Of a stretch of 64,000 bases of DNA, positions 32,501 to 48,576 are shown piece after piece. The DNA is from Raillietiella orientalis. Taxonomy: Eukaryota. Position 1 is the stretch's first letter, and every line of letters begins with the position of its first letter. The stretch is taken from the NCBI GenBank assembly GCA_036172245.1, contig JAYWIR010000004.1, positions 2,170,001 to 2,234,000 of the forward strand, given 5' to 3'. The position numbers were made by a program, and so were the translations under genes. The notes below the pieces were generated by a model. It had not been told where the DNA came from and searched no databases. It worked only from the letters and a program-made list of their open reading frames with translations.

Positions 32501-35500
32501 GTTCCAAATTTGTAATAATGTAATGAATTTAAAATTCGATAATTCACATTGAATTCAATTATATATGAATACCATTGTTAGTTCATCAATATCATTCAAG
32601 TATGCATATTCCGCATTTGTAACTATTTCAGCACTTTACATAATTACTTGGATTCAGGTATCAAGAAAAATAATTTTATTTCATGATTTGTTCACAGAAT
32701 GAAGTATCCATAAAATTTTGGTATTCTACCTTCTACACATGCATTTGCAAGAATTCACTGAAAAGCATTTGCAAAAATACATTTTTCAGATATTTCAGAA
32801 AATTTGAGGAGAATTGATGTGATGATTTTCTGCAATTTCAGATTGAAAACATTTTTCATCTGACATATTAGATATGATAATTATGTCATTCACTGAATCT
32901 GAATTCTTGTATGCTTTGATTTTGTTCAAGGACTTAACTCACTACACAAGTAATGACTTCAGGTTATGATTTCAATTTAAAAAATGGAAAAATTATTACC
33001 ATGAAATTTGTTATATGAAATTCAGTCAGCTTGCATCTTTGAAAGGGAATCTTTCTGTGATATTGTTATATGATTTCCAGAAAAGCTTATTTAGTTCCAT
33101 ATTTTTGCATATGTGTCTGTTGTTACATGTCAGTTCTGTTATAAATGAATTATAATAGAACTACTTATTTACTCTGTAAGGACTCATTATTATATGTGTT
33201 TTTCCATGTATGAGTGAATAAATCATGTTGAAATTCTGAAAGAAAAATGTAAATTCAGATCCAAAGATAAAACCTTATGAGACATTGCACTAATAACTTG
33301 TTTGTTAGTTTACGTTTTTTTTAAGACTGAATTACTTTTTATTTGTTTTTTTCGAAGCGTATTCTTCCTGTCTTCTTTATACGAAGATTAATCATTCCGA
33401 ATACAAAAATTGCCATATAATATGTATATATATATGCATAAATGTACAGGTTCTACTCAGCAGTTGTATTGCTAAGGTCTACTATCCCTAAAGGATATTT
33501 TCTATAATTTAGGTATTGCCTTCATTGTGATGCTAAATTGTAAGGTTATAGTTATATTTGTGTATGTATCTATATATTCACATAAGTATATAAATGATTT
33601 CTTGCATATCGCAATGTTTCCAATGTAGTGTGATGCATCCTTTGCTTAGGTAATTAATTCTTGTTTGTTCCCATTTGTATGAAGTTATTCAATAGTAAGC
33701 TGAAATGTATTGGTAGAATGAAGTGAACTTTTATAAGTTATTCTGCACTTTGGTAGAATTACAGGTTTTGATTGTATTACATTCCTAATTGTATTGTTAA
33801 AGCTTTTGTTGCGTAATGATCGTGTTTTCAAGGTATTTGAGAAAATTTCAAATTTCGAATGAAAGTTATTTTGCCAATATGTTCCAGCTGTCAGATGTTA
33901 TGTCTGTTATGTAGATCATCGTATAAAATGTATTGAAGTACGTATTTTACAAGATTATATTTTCTTTTTAAAGTAAACATTTAAGGAAAGTATCGTTGTT
34001 TCAAAAGTTACATGTTAATCTTTCAAAGCAGTACTGATTAAGAGAAATCATTCCGAAGTATTGGGTATTTAAAAACAGTTACCCCACAATCCAGCTTATT
34101 GTTATGTACACCAGATGTAGTGCTGGACACTGTTTGCACCATCTTTCTCTTGTTTTCGTCTTAATTTCACCAAGTGAGCCCATCTGATTAAAAAAAATGC
34201 ATAAATATGTACATTTAGCTTAACATTTTAAAAAAGTGTCATTTAACAAAATTATGTTTAGAATTGAAGCCTAACCAAGTAAAGTGTATGTAGAATTGAA
34301 GCCTAACCAAGTAAAGTGTATGTTGTTTCATTGTCAATTCCCAAGTTGCTTTCTTGAGAAATATTTCTGTTTGAAAAGACATTTCATCATGATTAAAATT
34401 GCTAAAAATCTAGAAAAGTAAATCAAATAATTGAGACTTGTATGATGTTATGTGTAGCGATTGTTTGTATTTAGGAAAGACTCTCCTCCACTATTAAATT
34501 TGGGAAAGAATTAATTGAACACAATTTAATTGTATTTCAAGATGGACACAATGCTATGCAGGTAACTTATTACCTTGTAAGATTTTTTAAATGAGAGTTA
34601 TGACATTTCAATTCATTTTGTCTATAAGCATTTTTATTTCAAGGTTCTCCCTCAAATGCTTTCGAGAGTACCAGAATCAGGACTAAATTTAGTAATATAC
34701 TACCTTAAGGAAGACAAACCTTTTGAAGCATTGAATTTAATAAAAGATTTTGAGGATGAATCATCATCTGTTTCTGTTTTGAAAGCTGTAACGTTTGCTA
34801 TCATTGGGCAGCAGAACAATTCAGTAAGTGGCTTAAAGTGCAACAGATTTTGTCAGGATGATGTAGAAAGAGCATTTACAAGAAGCTAAGCATTATTTCC
34901 ATGTAATTGGATCTAATGTGACTGATTGTGATACTGTTTCTGGTCGTCAGTGTATGGCTTCTTATTTATTCCTTCAAAAAAAACTTGACAGTTCCCTTTT
35001 GTATCTCAATTCTGTCAAAAGTTATTTCTACGATGATGATGTGTTTAATTATAATTATGCTCAGGTTTGTTCAGCACTCTTGAAACTGCACATTTCAGCA
35101 AAACTATGGTGACTAGTAATATGTAGGTGAAAGCTTCCCTTGGAGATTTTAAAGAAGCAGAAGAAACTCTTCTCCTGATTCAAAGTAAAAAATTGAAATC
35201 TGATTATACTTTTGTAAGTTGGTTAACTAAGTGCTGTAAGTTATGGAGGAACCAGATAAACAAGGAAAACTTGTTTTCTCCTTCAGATATTGAAAATATG
35301 AAATTTCAGAAAGCTTGGCAAATGTATGAATCGATGAATTCTAAAGATGAACGTTGTGGTATTTTAAAACTTATTTCTAACGAGTGCTATAAAAAAGGCC
35401 AATTTTATTATGCAGCAAAAGCTTTTAATGCCCTTTCAAAATTAGATTCAAGTGAAATTTTTTGGGAAGGAAAAAGAGGAGCGTGTGTAGGACTGCTTCA

Positions 35501-35689
35501 TTTGATTCTAGTTGGACAAGAATCTAAGTATGAAAAAGTATTCTGATTAGATCAATATTGATATTTAGGGAATTATTAAAGGATCTTCGTGGATTTCTTA
35601 CTGATAGCAACTCTCCAGAAACAAAGCAAATTCTTCAATTTTTGGAAAAATTGGATACTGAGAACACAGTTCTGAGAAATTCGAGTTGA
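29582..35689 (+). CDS. TTC26: Intraflagellar transport protein 56 (TTC26/IFT56/DYF-13), ~547 aa, 11 coding exons
   Basis: Exons 29582-29584, 29722-29832, 29982-30173, 30383-30591, 32044-32236, 34475-34561, 34644-34823, 34867-35064, 35127-35235, 35287-35527, 35569-35689 (1644 nt). Motifs ENQLSLAALHY, YPDSIIAINLKACNHF, HNLIVF, CDTVSGRQCMASY, FYYAAKAF...WEGKRGACVG. Confidence 0.93.
34259..34322. repeat. Perfect 32-bp tandem duplication in TTC26 intron 5
   Basis: tagaattgaagcctaaccaagtaaagtgtatg occurs twice head-to-tail (34259-34290, 34291-34322). Confidence 0.95.
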
Positions 35690-38600
35690 AAGATTCATTT
35701 CAGGGGAGCAATCACTTGTTAAGATGAATAAAATATCATTAGTCTTGAATCACTAGCCTTGAAGAACTTAATTTTAAAATAAAATTACTAATATCTCTTA
35801 TTCAAATCAACGGAACAGTACCAGTTGTCACACTGAAAAATACCTCTTTACTACAATGTTTTTCTGTCCTTACATTTAAGAACGTAAATGTATACATTTA
35901 CACTAAAACATCCGATCAAGGCGCAGCAGAATCTTCAACAGAGTACACCTTTTTAAACTTGATTGGCATCAAAAAATGATTTTTGTTGTGAATGGATATA
36001 CATGCTGCATTGAGAACGGTTGTATTTGTTAAAAATTATAAATTACATTTATATATGAATCATGAACTTTCATCTATTATTTCATTACTTGAGGCAAATC
36101 TTGCAATATAACAGATTACTGAGATGCAGGATTAGGAGTGTGATACATGTAATGGGAAACAAAATAACAGGTTGATGATTTTATCCTTTAAATTGTTGCA
36201 ACTAAATTCGACCTTGTACGAATAGAATTTACTAAGCTACCTGTATAAGTTGGTCGATTACAAATCAAGATCAGCATTCTGTGAAACAGCTGGGAAATAT
36301 TTCAACATACGGATTCAGTTTCTGAAAATACTTGACCTTAGAAGGAAAAAAAATACATGAAAAGTTGGGTGTTGATTCAAGCCAATATCGATTTTTGATA
36401 GAATTGTGAACAGTTTTGGTCGGAAACAAGCTTAATGAAGGTACTGTAAGCAGAAAACTGTAACAATGGTGAAAACATTGCGGAACATCACAGAATTAAA
36501 CAAACTCGTAAAGACCATTCTCACGAAACCGTAGTAACAAAAGAAAAATCAAAAGTCGCAGATGGACAGTTTTAGTTAGGCACTTGTTTCGTCTGTTTTA
36601 ACTTCTAAGCTGGCAAAAGTATGGCAAACATTTTTCGTATATCCAGGTGACAACTTCTCGATGAGCACTCAGTAGAACTTTAGCTTAATATGAAGTGCCA
36701 GCTTCCTATTAAATAAAAATGATAATTGTTTTTTGGCTATTTTTAGTTTTTATACATTAAAAACTTGAGAACATTTAAGGAACAGGCGTGCTCAGTAAAT
36801 GGATTTCTAAATATGATTTAACAATACAGTGTTCATAATATTTGCTAGCCAGAGTTAACCGCTGATGTAATTTGAACACGTATGTCGATAAAAATCTATC
36901 AGTTTATGAACCAAAGGTATACAAAATTACAAGACCAATTCAAGTAAAAGGTTTGTATAATTCTTTCACATTCATCTAAACAAAAGGAGTTTTCAGGACC
37001 ATAATTATTAGATCTTTTGAATCGAGCACCGTTAGCAATCATAAGGGGGCACATCGCAAGGAGCAATAAATTGCTTTACAGAGTGTGCTGATATATAGGA
37101 ACATTGAAGAGTTCAAGCTTTTTCATTTTAAACACTGCACAAGAAGATCCTCCATTATTAAATTAAACTCCAGCAGAGTTGAATGTAAGAACTCCAATCA
37201 AATTTTTCCGTTATAGTTTATAAAAAAAACAGAGGTTGAATCTCCAAACGCAGTTTAATGAGTTTCCTAAAGTTTGATTTGCAGATTCCAGCAAGAATAA
37301 AAAACATTATTAGAATTCCAAGCTAATATAAGAAGTGTTTAGCTTCGAAAGGTGCTAGGGGATCTGGAAAGATGAATACCAACCGACATAGGTGGGAAAT
37401 TTCATTTCTCCATTTCTTTAAATTTCCATAAACTTCCCTTGTTCACTAGATAGATGAGTAGATATGATAATGTAGATATAATAATGAAGATGACTCGAAA
37501 TAAAGGGAAGTGCTTTAGCATTAACATTGCGACTTTCTTAACATCAATCAAATTCAATGCATTCTTTGTAGTGACTACCTTAATCTGATGTGCATCCGTT
37601 TATGTTCACGTGATGCTTTCTAAAACTCAGAGGCTAATAAGAAGCTTCATTGTAGAGTTGGTCAGGGGACAATACTAAGATATAAAATATCAATAGCGTT
37701 AGTGTGTACCTCTATGTTTGGATTCAAATTGAATTCTATTTTGATTTTTTATTTAATTTATCCAAAAAGTAGGATTTCCTAAGAATTGAAACACATCATT
37801 ACAAGTTTATGAAAAGCAATGATTAATGAAGATAAAGCTTTGACATATTCACATAGCTTTATTTTCAGCCACTGAGTGTTCTCTGTGAATGCTTGATTCC
37901 ATTTAATTTCTTTTTAAATTCTACCAGAAGCTTTAGAACAGTTGTTTCAATAGAAAATACGGAGAAATACAATGTCAGTTTAATGATGATTTAATGATAA
38001 TTCCATTAATCAGGAAGCATGATTATAAGAATCCTTTGCCTGTAAAAGCCAAAGTCGTTGAAAATTCGGACTTTTTTCTTTAATATTGATCATTATGCTG
38101 AAGTCGATCAACCCTTTAGTTAAAAATGCAAGGAACTCTTTAGGACGAATCTGGAAGTAGTCCTCGTTTTCAACATTTCATTGATTCTCTTTCGTAGAAC
38201 AAGAAAATTGGTTTCCTGCTACCATGGCAGTATTTTCTTAAATTATGGAAATTCAATGTGCAATCAGCGGTTCAAGCTTAAAATCACAGAAAACATCTAA
38301 CAAAAAAAAGGAAAGGTTTGGCCACTAGACAATCCATTTTACGTAATTCTAGAAGCTTTCTTTCAAAGTTTCTCGAGGGAAGCAAGTTATAAGCATGTGC
38401 AGTCTTTTCCTTAAAAAAAAAAAAAATTATTTGCAATACCTAAAACTGATTAATATCAGACAGTGATTGAATATTTTAATCTTTTCTGTAAATTTACATC
38501 AACATATTCAGTACTTGGTATTGGTAGACAGTCTAGTTTGAAGTCGAGATGTGTATACTGCTTTGCGTATGGGACTTAATCAGTCACTTAATAACGTGTC

Positions 38601-38719
38601 TAGAAATATGTCTCCACTCTTCTCTTTCTCGTAATTACAACCGAAAAGGACAAATATGAAAAATGGATATGTTGGGTTCACATTTGTAGCAATTATGCTA
38701 TACATGTCTAAGAATTCCA

Positions 38720-39300
38720 GGAGCATTCCTCTTGGAGACTTCGTGTTCTGCTACAGCCTGTAAGAATTCGCCTGTAAGAATGTACTTATGTAATTCTAGT
38801 CTCTTGCCCTGTAAACTCGGATGAATTAACACTGCTCTAGAATTTGAGCCTGTCCGCACGCTAGACAGTCTCTTAATACTTTAATTATGCTTCAGGAGAT
38901 CTCATATTTGTCCTCTGGTCTTGCCAAACTTTTTCCAAATAATATCACTAAGCTTGGGGAAGATCTCTCTTCATCAGTCGCGACAGTACCGCTTATTGAA
39001 TACTTTCTTAAGTTGAACTTAAATTACTGGGGCTTTCTCCTAAAACACTGCACTGTGCATTTGGATATGAAGAACAGAAAATTGCCATCTATGTGCCGTA
39101 TAGCAAAATCATCTTTGGTTTACGGATGAGTACATTAAGATCTCTGGATTTTCAGTAAAGGCTCCATCTTATGCTTACATGTATCCGATGCTTTCTATCT
39201 TATGAAGTTCCGCGTCTATCACAATCTCCAGATGATGGATTGTTTCTTAGCTCTTTCATTTCCTGTTAAGTTGAATCGTGATCTTGGTTAATACGTTTAC
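38720..39300 (-). mobile_element. Decayed LINE (I/Jockey-group-like) RT C-terminal remnant
   Basis: Minus strand with many stops reads TIHHLEIVIDAELHKIESIGYM (cf. YLG+.+D..L....HI.Y), then HP*TK...IRHI and QLKKVFNKRYCR, resembling post-RT motifs of LINE ORF2. Confidence 0.4.
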
Positions 39301-41024
39301 TAAATTGTTTTTCATTGGAAATACTTGGGATAAACAGTAATAAATACATAAATTACAGCAAATTGTTGCTTCGCTTCAAAAGAATGGGAATTGATGCAAT
39401 ATCTTCACAAAGAATGGTAGAATACTACTTGATTTTAATATTAGAAATCTATTTATTTCACATTGATTTGTTGAAATCAGTAGTATGAAGTGCTATAATA
39501 AAAAAATCACTGGACTGGAAAGCTCAGCTTTCATCGGTATATGTGTTGAGTAGAGTAACTAAAATACATGAATGAAATCTGAAGAATATTCATTTGTATA
39601 TGGGAAAATATCAAAATGAAGTACAATTTATAACTACTCTCCGAATCATATGCGCAAAGTTAATCAAAAATAAGTGATTTACTAATAAGAGTAATACATC
39701 GGAGTCTCATTTCTATCTCAGATACTGCTTTCCGAAGATGTGAAACATGAACACATGATTTTGGAAATTCAGCCTGGAGAGGGCATCCCTGATACAAATT
39801 ATGTTACTATCAAGATGATTCACCTTTATCTGCTTGAAAGGATAATGCCCAGTTTTCATTCGTTGTTTTCAATATTATGGTGTTTATCTAGTCTCAGTAG
39901 CATATGTTTTAGGATATTAACGGTAAAGATTTACATGATTGATGAAACTGCCGTTTCTAAAGATAAATAGATAATAAACAGTAGATCAACTATATTTTCT
40001 TGTGTTATAGCAAGTAAGACATACAATCTAGGTTACCGTGGACAGTATACAGTAATAAATGATTACACTTTAAAATCTTTAAATACCATACTTTCCGCTT
40101 ATGATTGCATGATTGTTTGTTCCTTGCTGTTTGGCTTTCATTGTGTGCTCAAGATTATTTCTCAATAAGAACCAATCTTATTCCAGTTTTTCCACGATAG
40201 CGTTCCTGTTCATGGACTTGGTTTTTGATTTACATAATGGTTTCTACTATATATATGCGTTTTAGCCATTTAATAACCTCGTGTCTATCTATGTATTTAT
40301 GTGTATAAACTAGAAAAATCCAATTTACAATAAAGAATCAGATTCAATGTGATGTGTTTGGGATGAATGCACTAAACCGAAATTCATAAAATTATAATTT
40401 CAAGTTTAATGTTTCGAAAAGAACTGAATTGTTCATGACATGATTTGACTGTTTGAATGTTTATGATTATTGGAATTAACTAGTTTGTATATTTAGATAT
40501 TATTACTACGAATGTAATATAAGTTTTCATCTATAGCATACATGTGTAGGTTTAAATGAAAGTAAAATTCAAAAGAATACTGAAAACTCAATAACAGAAT
40601 GAAAGTTTTATCCCTCACTAAATGTGTTCCATGAAAAGTAGTTGCTATTTATCATTTTTCATTTGACATTGTGCCAGTGACTTTGTATGTGTTAATGCAT
40701 TAAAAAAAAAAACATTTTTGTGCTTAGGGGATTACTGTGCTTTAAAAAGGCTTTAGAAATGTTTATAAAAACTTATGGTTCATTAAAAACGAGACATATG
40801 TATCCATGAAAAAGCGTTTGATGCCTGAAGGTAACTATTTTTTTCAAAAAAATTAAGTGATTCAAATAGATATCTGCAGATCTAATGCATTTCACGTGCT
40901 GAATTATTAGAAATGACTTAATGACTTTTGTATACTTGGAAATTATTGTGTATTTTTAGACCTTTATTAAGTTAATTTATTTTTAAGCAATAATGGTTTT
41001 CTTTAACATTTGGAAAAGCGTTTA

Positions 41025-44000
41025 ATGATGCCAGGGATATTATCAGTGTCCGAATTTCTTGAAGAAACAAGAGATGATATTAATTCTCCTACGACATCAA
41101 ATTTTATTTCAAAAATTCCTCAGTGTCGGCAAACAGTATTAACAATAGAAGAGGTATTTGATTTACATTATAGGCACATTTTCTTTATATTCATTTGAAA
41201 TTTCAATTTAGAATTTGGCACAAGATTATGAAAATTTAAGTAAATTGAGAAAATCTTTAAAGAATCTTCAAAATGGTGGAACCTGTGAGTATTGGAAGCA
41301 ATGGCATATTCTAATTTTCGATATCAGCATATGTTGATAGTGAAATGTATTTCTCCAAGATACTTGAAAAATTGGGTGATAATGCTATGATGCGAAAACA
41401 GGAACCTGATATTCGAGAAGCTTTCCTCAAGTTTTCTGATATGATTAGAAGTCTTGGCACCCTAATGAAAAGTCTGGTATAATCTTTCAATGTGTACAAT
41501 GAACTGTGGGTGTGCATGTGTTTATTTGCCTTTTCATTTCATTTGAAAGAACTCAGTTATAATAATTTGATGTGATATGTAGATGCTAATTTCAAAAAGG
41601 TATAAGGACCTGAATTTCAGGTACAGAATCAGAATAATATTATTCTTTTTCCACTGGAAAGCATTTTGAAGGGAAATCTAAAAGATGTCAAAGGAGATCT
41701 CAAAAAACCTCTTGAAAAAGTTTGGAAGGTATGTATGCATGCTGGAGAATAAAGTTAATTGTGTTGAAGGAGTATGAAACTAAGTACAATAAATTGGAAA
41801 GAGATAAGAAACAGGTAGCTAAAGAAGTTGGCATGATTCGGACTGAAATTACTGCAGGAGAAGTGGCTGATGAAATGGAGAAAGAAAGAAAAATGCTTCA
41901 GCTGCAACTTTGCGAGGTATAGATTTCACAAGATGAAGTGTTAGTAATTTGTATTTAGTATTTGCTTAAAGTGAATGAAATCAAAAATAAGAAAGGAATT
42001 GACTTGTTGTTGCATTTCATTGAATACTATTATGCACAGAGCAAGTAGGTGTGTTAACATAAATACCATAGCTGGTTGTAGTTACTTCCAGGATGGGCTG
42101 AAGACAATTGAGGATTTTGGAAGTTACATTCATAATCTTTCTGTAAAGTTGCAAGAGATTCATCAACATCAAGAGGAAGAGCGTAAAAAGCTCGTGGAGA
42201 TTCGGGGTTTGCTCAAAGAGTCTACAGCTTTAGAGAAAGAGGTTGTGCTAACTATAGTTGTGCTCAAATTAAAAACACGTGTTAAGGCATTTAATGCATC
42301 ACCTCAAGGTTATCAATTGCATCAGCTTCAAGGAAACAAACAATTGGGAAGTCAGAAAATAGGTTACTTGCAGAAGAAGTCAGAAGGAAAAATGCGGAAG
42401 GTATGGCAAAGGAGAAAATGCAAGGTAATAGAGAAGTGTTTAGTTTCCTTAATCTATGTGCTGGTAAGGTACAAGAAGGTGTGCTAAGTATTTATCACTC
42501 TGATGAAACCAAACTGCCTACATGTCTTAATTTAATGACATGTCAGATGAAGCCTATGACAGAAGATCGTCGATGTTTTGATTTAGTCTCTTGTAAGTGT
42601 TCTTAAATTTAATGTAATCACTCATTAACAATTAAAACGTAAAGATAACAGAACATACCATTTCATGGCTGATGCAGAAAAAGAGCAATCAGCTTGGATG
42701 GCAGTGCTTTTGAATTCGAAAGAAGAAGCCTTAATGAAAGCATTTGATGAAAATAGCAAAATGGACAATAGAGTAAACACATAAAGAAAACCATATTGAT
42801 TTTACTTGATGGTAATCATTTTTTTCTTTTCTTTTTTAACAGGGACTGCATCATGACATCATCCGCTGCATTCTGAAGATGAGTGGTAATGACCGTTGTT
42901 GTGATTGCAACTCACAAAATGGTAAAGACGTTTATACGGATTCAGTGTTTTTTACCTAAGCTTTCAGAAGCCAACTGGCTGTCCACCAATCTAGGTATCA
43001 TTCTCTGTATCCATTGTTCTGGAGTTCATCGGGATCTGGGTGTGCAAATTTCTCGGTAGATTAATACTGTAGCAAGCTTGACTGTGTGCATTGCTGCAGC
43101 ATTCAGTCACTGACTCTGGACCATATTGGCACATCACAACTCTTAATTGCACGCATTATGAGCAACGATGGCTTTAATGAAATAATGGAGGAGAGTCTAA
43201 CTTTACCAAAGCTTACTCCTGCTAGCAGCATGTAAGTTTTATATTACCAGTTTGGAATCATGGTTTCATGACTTGTTGGCAGGGAAGAAAGATTTGATTA
43301 CATCCGTGCTAAATATGTGGAACGACGTTTTGTATCTCGGAGCACCAATTCTCAAGAAGAAAAACAACGTCTTCTTCATGCAGCAGTGCTTGCAGGAGAT
43401 ATTTTACGTGTATTGCATGCATTTGCAGAAGGTGCCAATCCTAGTTTGCCACTACCTGATAGCGTAAGTTATTCATTTGCATCAATTGTATATGTCATTG
43501 TCAGATTAGCCCAACGGAGAAACAAGTCTTCACATATCTATTATGCTTGATGCAGGGAATTCTTTGCACATTCTTGATTTCCTAATTCAGAATACATGCC
43601 AGTTAGATGTTCAGACTATGGAAGGAAATACACCTTTGCATTACTGCGTTCTGCACAACCGTAGTGAATGCTTAAAGTTGCTCCTTCGTTCACATGCCAA
43701 TACATCTATTGTCAACAATGATGGTTCATCACCCCAGGACTTAGCTGTCAAGATGCACCTTCCAGTTTGTGAAGAATTGGTACGCATATTATGAGGACAT
43801 AATAAAACTTGTCATTTATTCAGTTAATCCATGCTCAAGAAGGCAAAAAATTTCTCTTTGAAAATGTAAACATGGAATGGGATTTAGTGCAAGATGAGTA
43901 TTCTACAGATTTCTCAGATGATGATGCTATTGGAGAAGAAAGAGTTTGTGTTAAATTTAATTTAATATCCTACGAGTGCTGATTTCGATTTTAGGAAGAA

Positions 44001-44786
44001 CGGAACCGAAAAGTTCGCCCAGCCAGCATTGCCTGTGCAGAAACTTCCAGCATCAAAACTAGTCCTCTTCTTACTGTATCAAGTGGACATTTGGCCCAGA
44101 CTCCTGGCATTTCCACAGGTAAGAAATTCACGTTTGAATTATTATTCAATGTTGTGTTTTAAGGAAAAGGATCTGTTGTAGGCATAGGGAGCCTTAAAAA
44201 ACGAGCTGCTCCTCTTCCTCCAGTTAATGTATCAGATAAAGAAACATTGCCAGCTGAGGGTTCACCTTACAATCCTCCCAATGCTTCAGATTGCGTACGC
44301 AAATATAGTTCAGGAAAAAATCCTTTAAGTTTGGGTAAGGTAATTCAGCAAAGAGTTCAGCTTTTAATTGTTTTTATTATGAATGCAGTGAATACTAGGT
44401 TAGTTATGCCGTCAGCATTAGAGTATCCTGTCTTGAAACCTGTGCCTGATAAATTATTCAACCGTCAGAGACCAAAGATTCCTCCTCCTCCAACTCCTAA
44501 TCGAAGCACTTTTAATAATCAACAGTACCTCAGGACATTGAATGACAGTCCTAACCCCATGTCTAGTCAAACGGTTTTTGCAACTTCTGTCCGTCCAAGG
44601 CGTTGTCAAGCACTGTATAACTGTCAGGCAGAGAGAAAAGATGAATTGGGATTTCATGAAGGAGAAATAATTGTTGTATTCCAAGAAGTAACTGAAGATG
44701 TGCAGTGGATGCTCGGGATGATCGAGTCTGATCCCAGTCGCAAGGGAATGTTTCCTACTTGTTACGTGCACATGCTTCCAGAATAA
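41025..44786 (+). CDS. ASAP1: ASAP-family ArfGAP (BAR-PH-ArfGAP-ANK-SH3), ~934 aa, 19 exons
   Basis: Exons 41025-41153, 41212-41284, 41328-41476, 41621-41728, 41770-41916, 41959-42044, 42082-42241, 42287-42424, 42469-42592, 42645-42772, 42843-42921, 42968-43055, 43100-43231, 43283-43463, 43510-43779, 43824-43943, 43995-44118, 44164-44334, 44389-44786 (2805 nt). [20 protein letters not shown]-terminus, [10 protein letters not shown], ArfGAP CCDC...[16 protein letters not shown], ankyrin GNTPLHYC, C-terminal SH3 RCQALYNC...GMFP. Confidence 0.95.
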
Positions 44787-44821
44787 CAATACATATGTAT
44801 TGACATGTTTCTTTATTTACA

Positions 44822-48432
<3,611 letters not shown>

Positions 48433-48576
48433 GATAGTTGCAAGATTAATGCACAATTATTCATTTATCTTTAAGAATACATAACTACTTAAACTGGAAA
48501 ACACTGTCAAATTTACAGATTATCATATGCAAAACAAACTGTATTTTACATTCTCAAATTGGAAAAACAAAGAACA

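Noticed and set aside
34259..34322. Direct repeat of CRISPR-like length
   Set aside because: Only two adjacent copies with no spacer, inside a eukaryotic intron: a simple tandem duplication.
42425..42468. U12-like branch point TTTCCTTAAT in an ASAP intron
   Set aside because: The donor is GTAATAG, not RTATCCTT. None of the introns mapped in this window has a U12-type donor.
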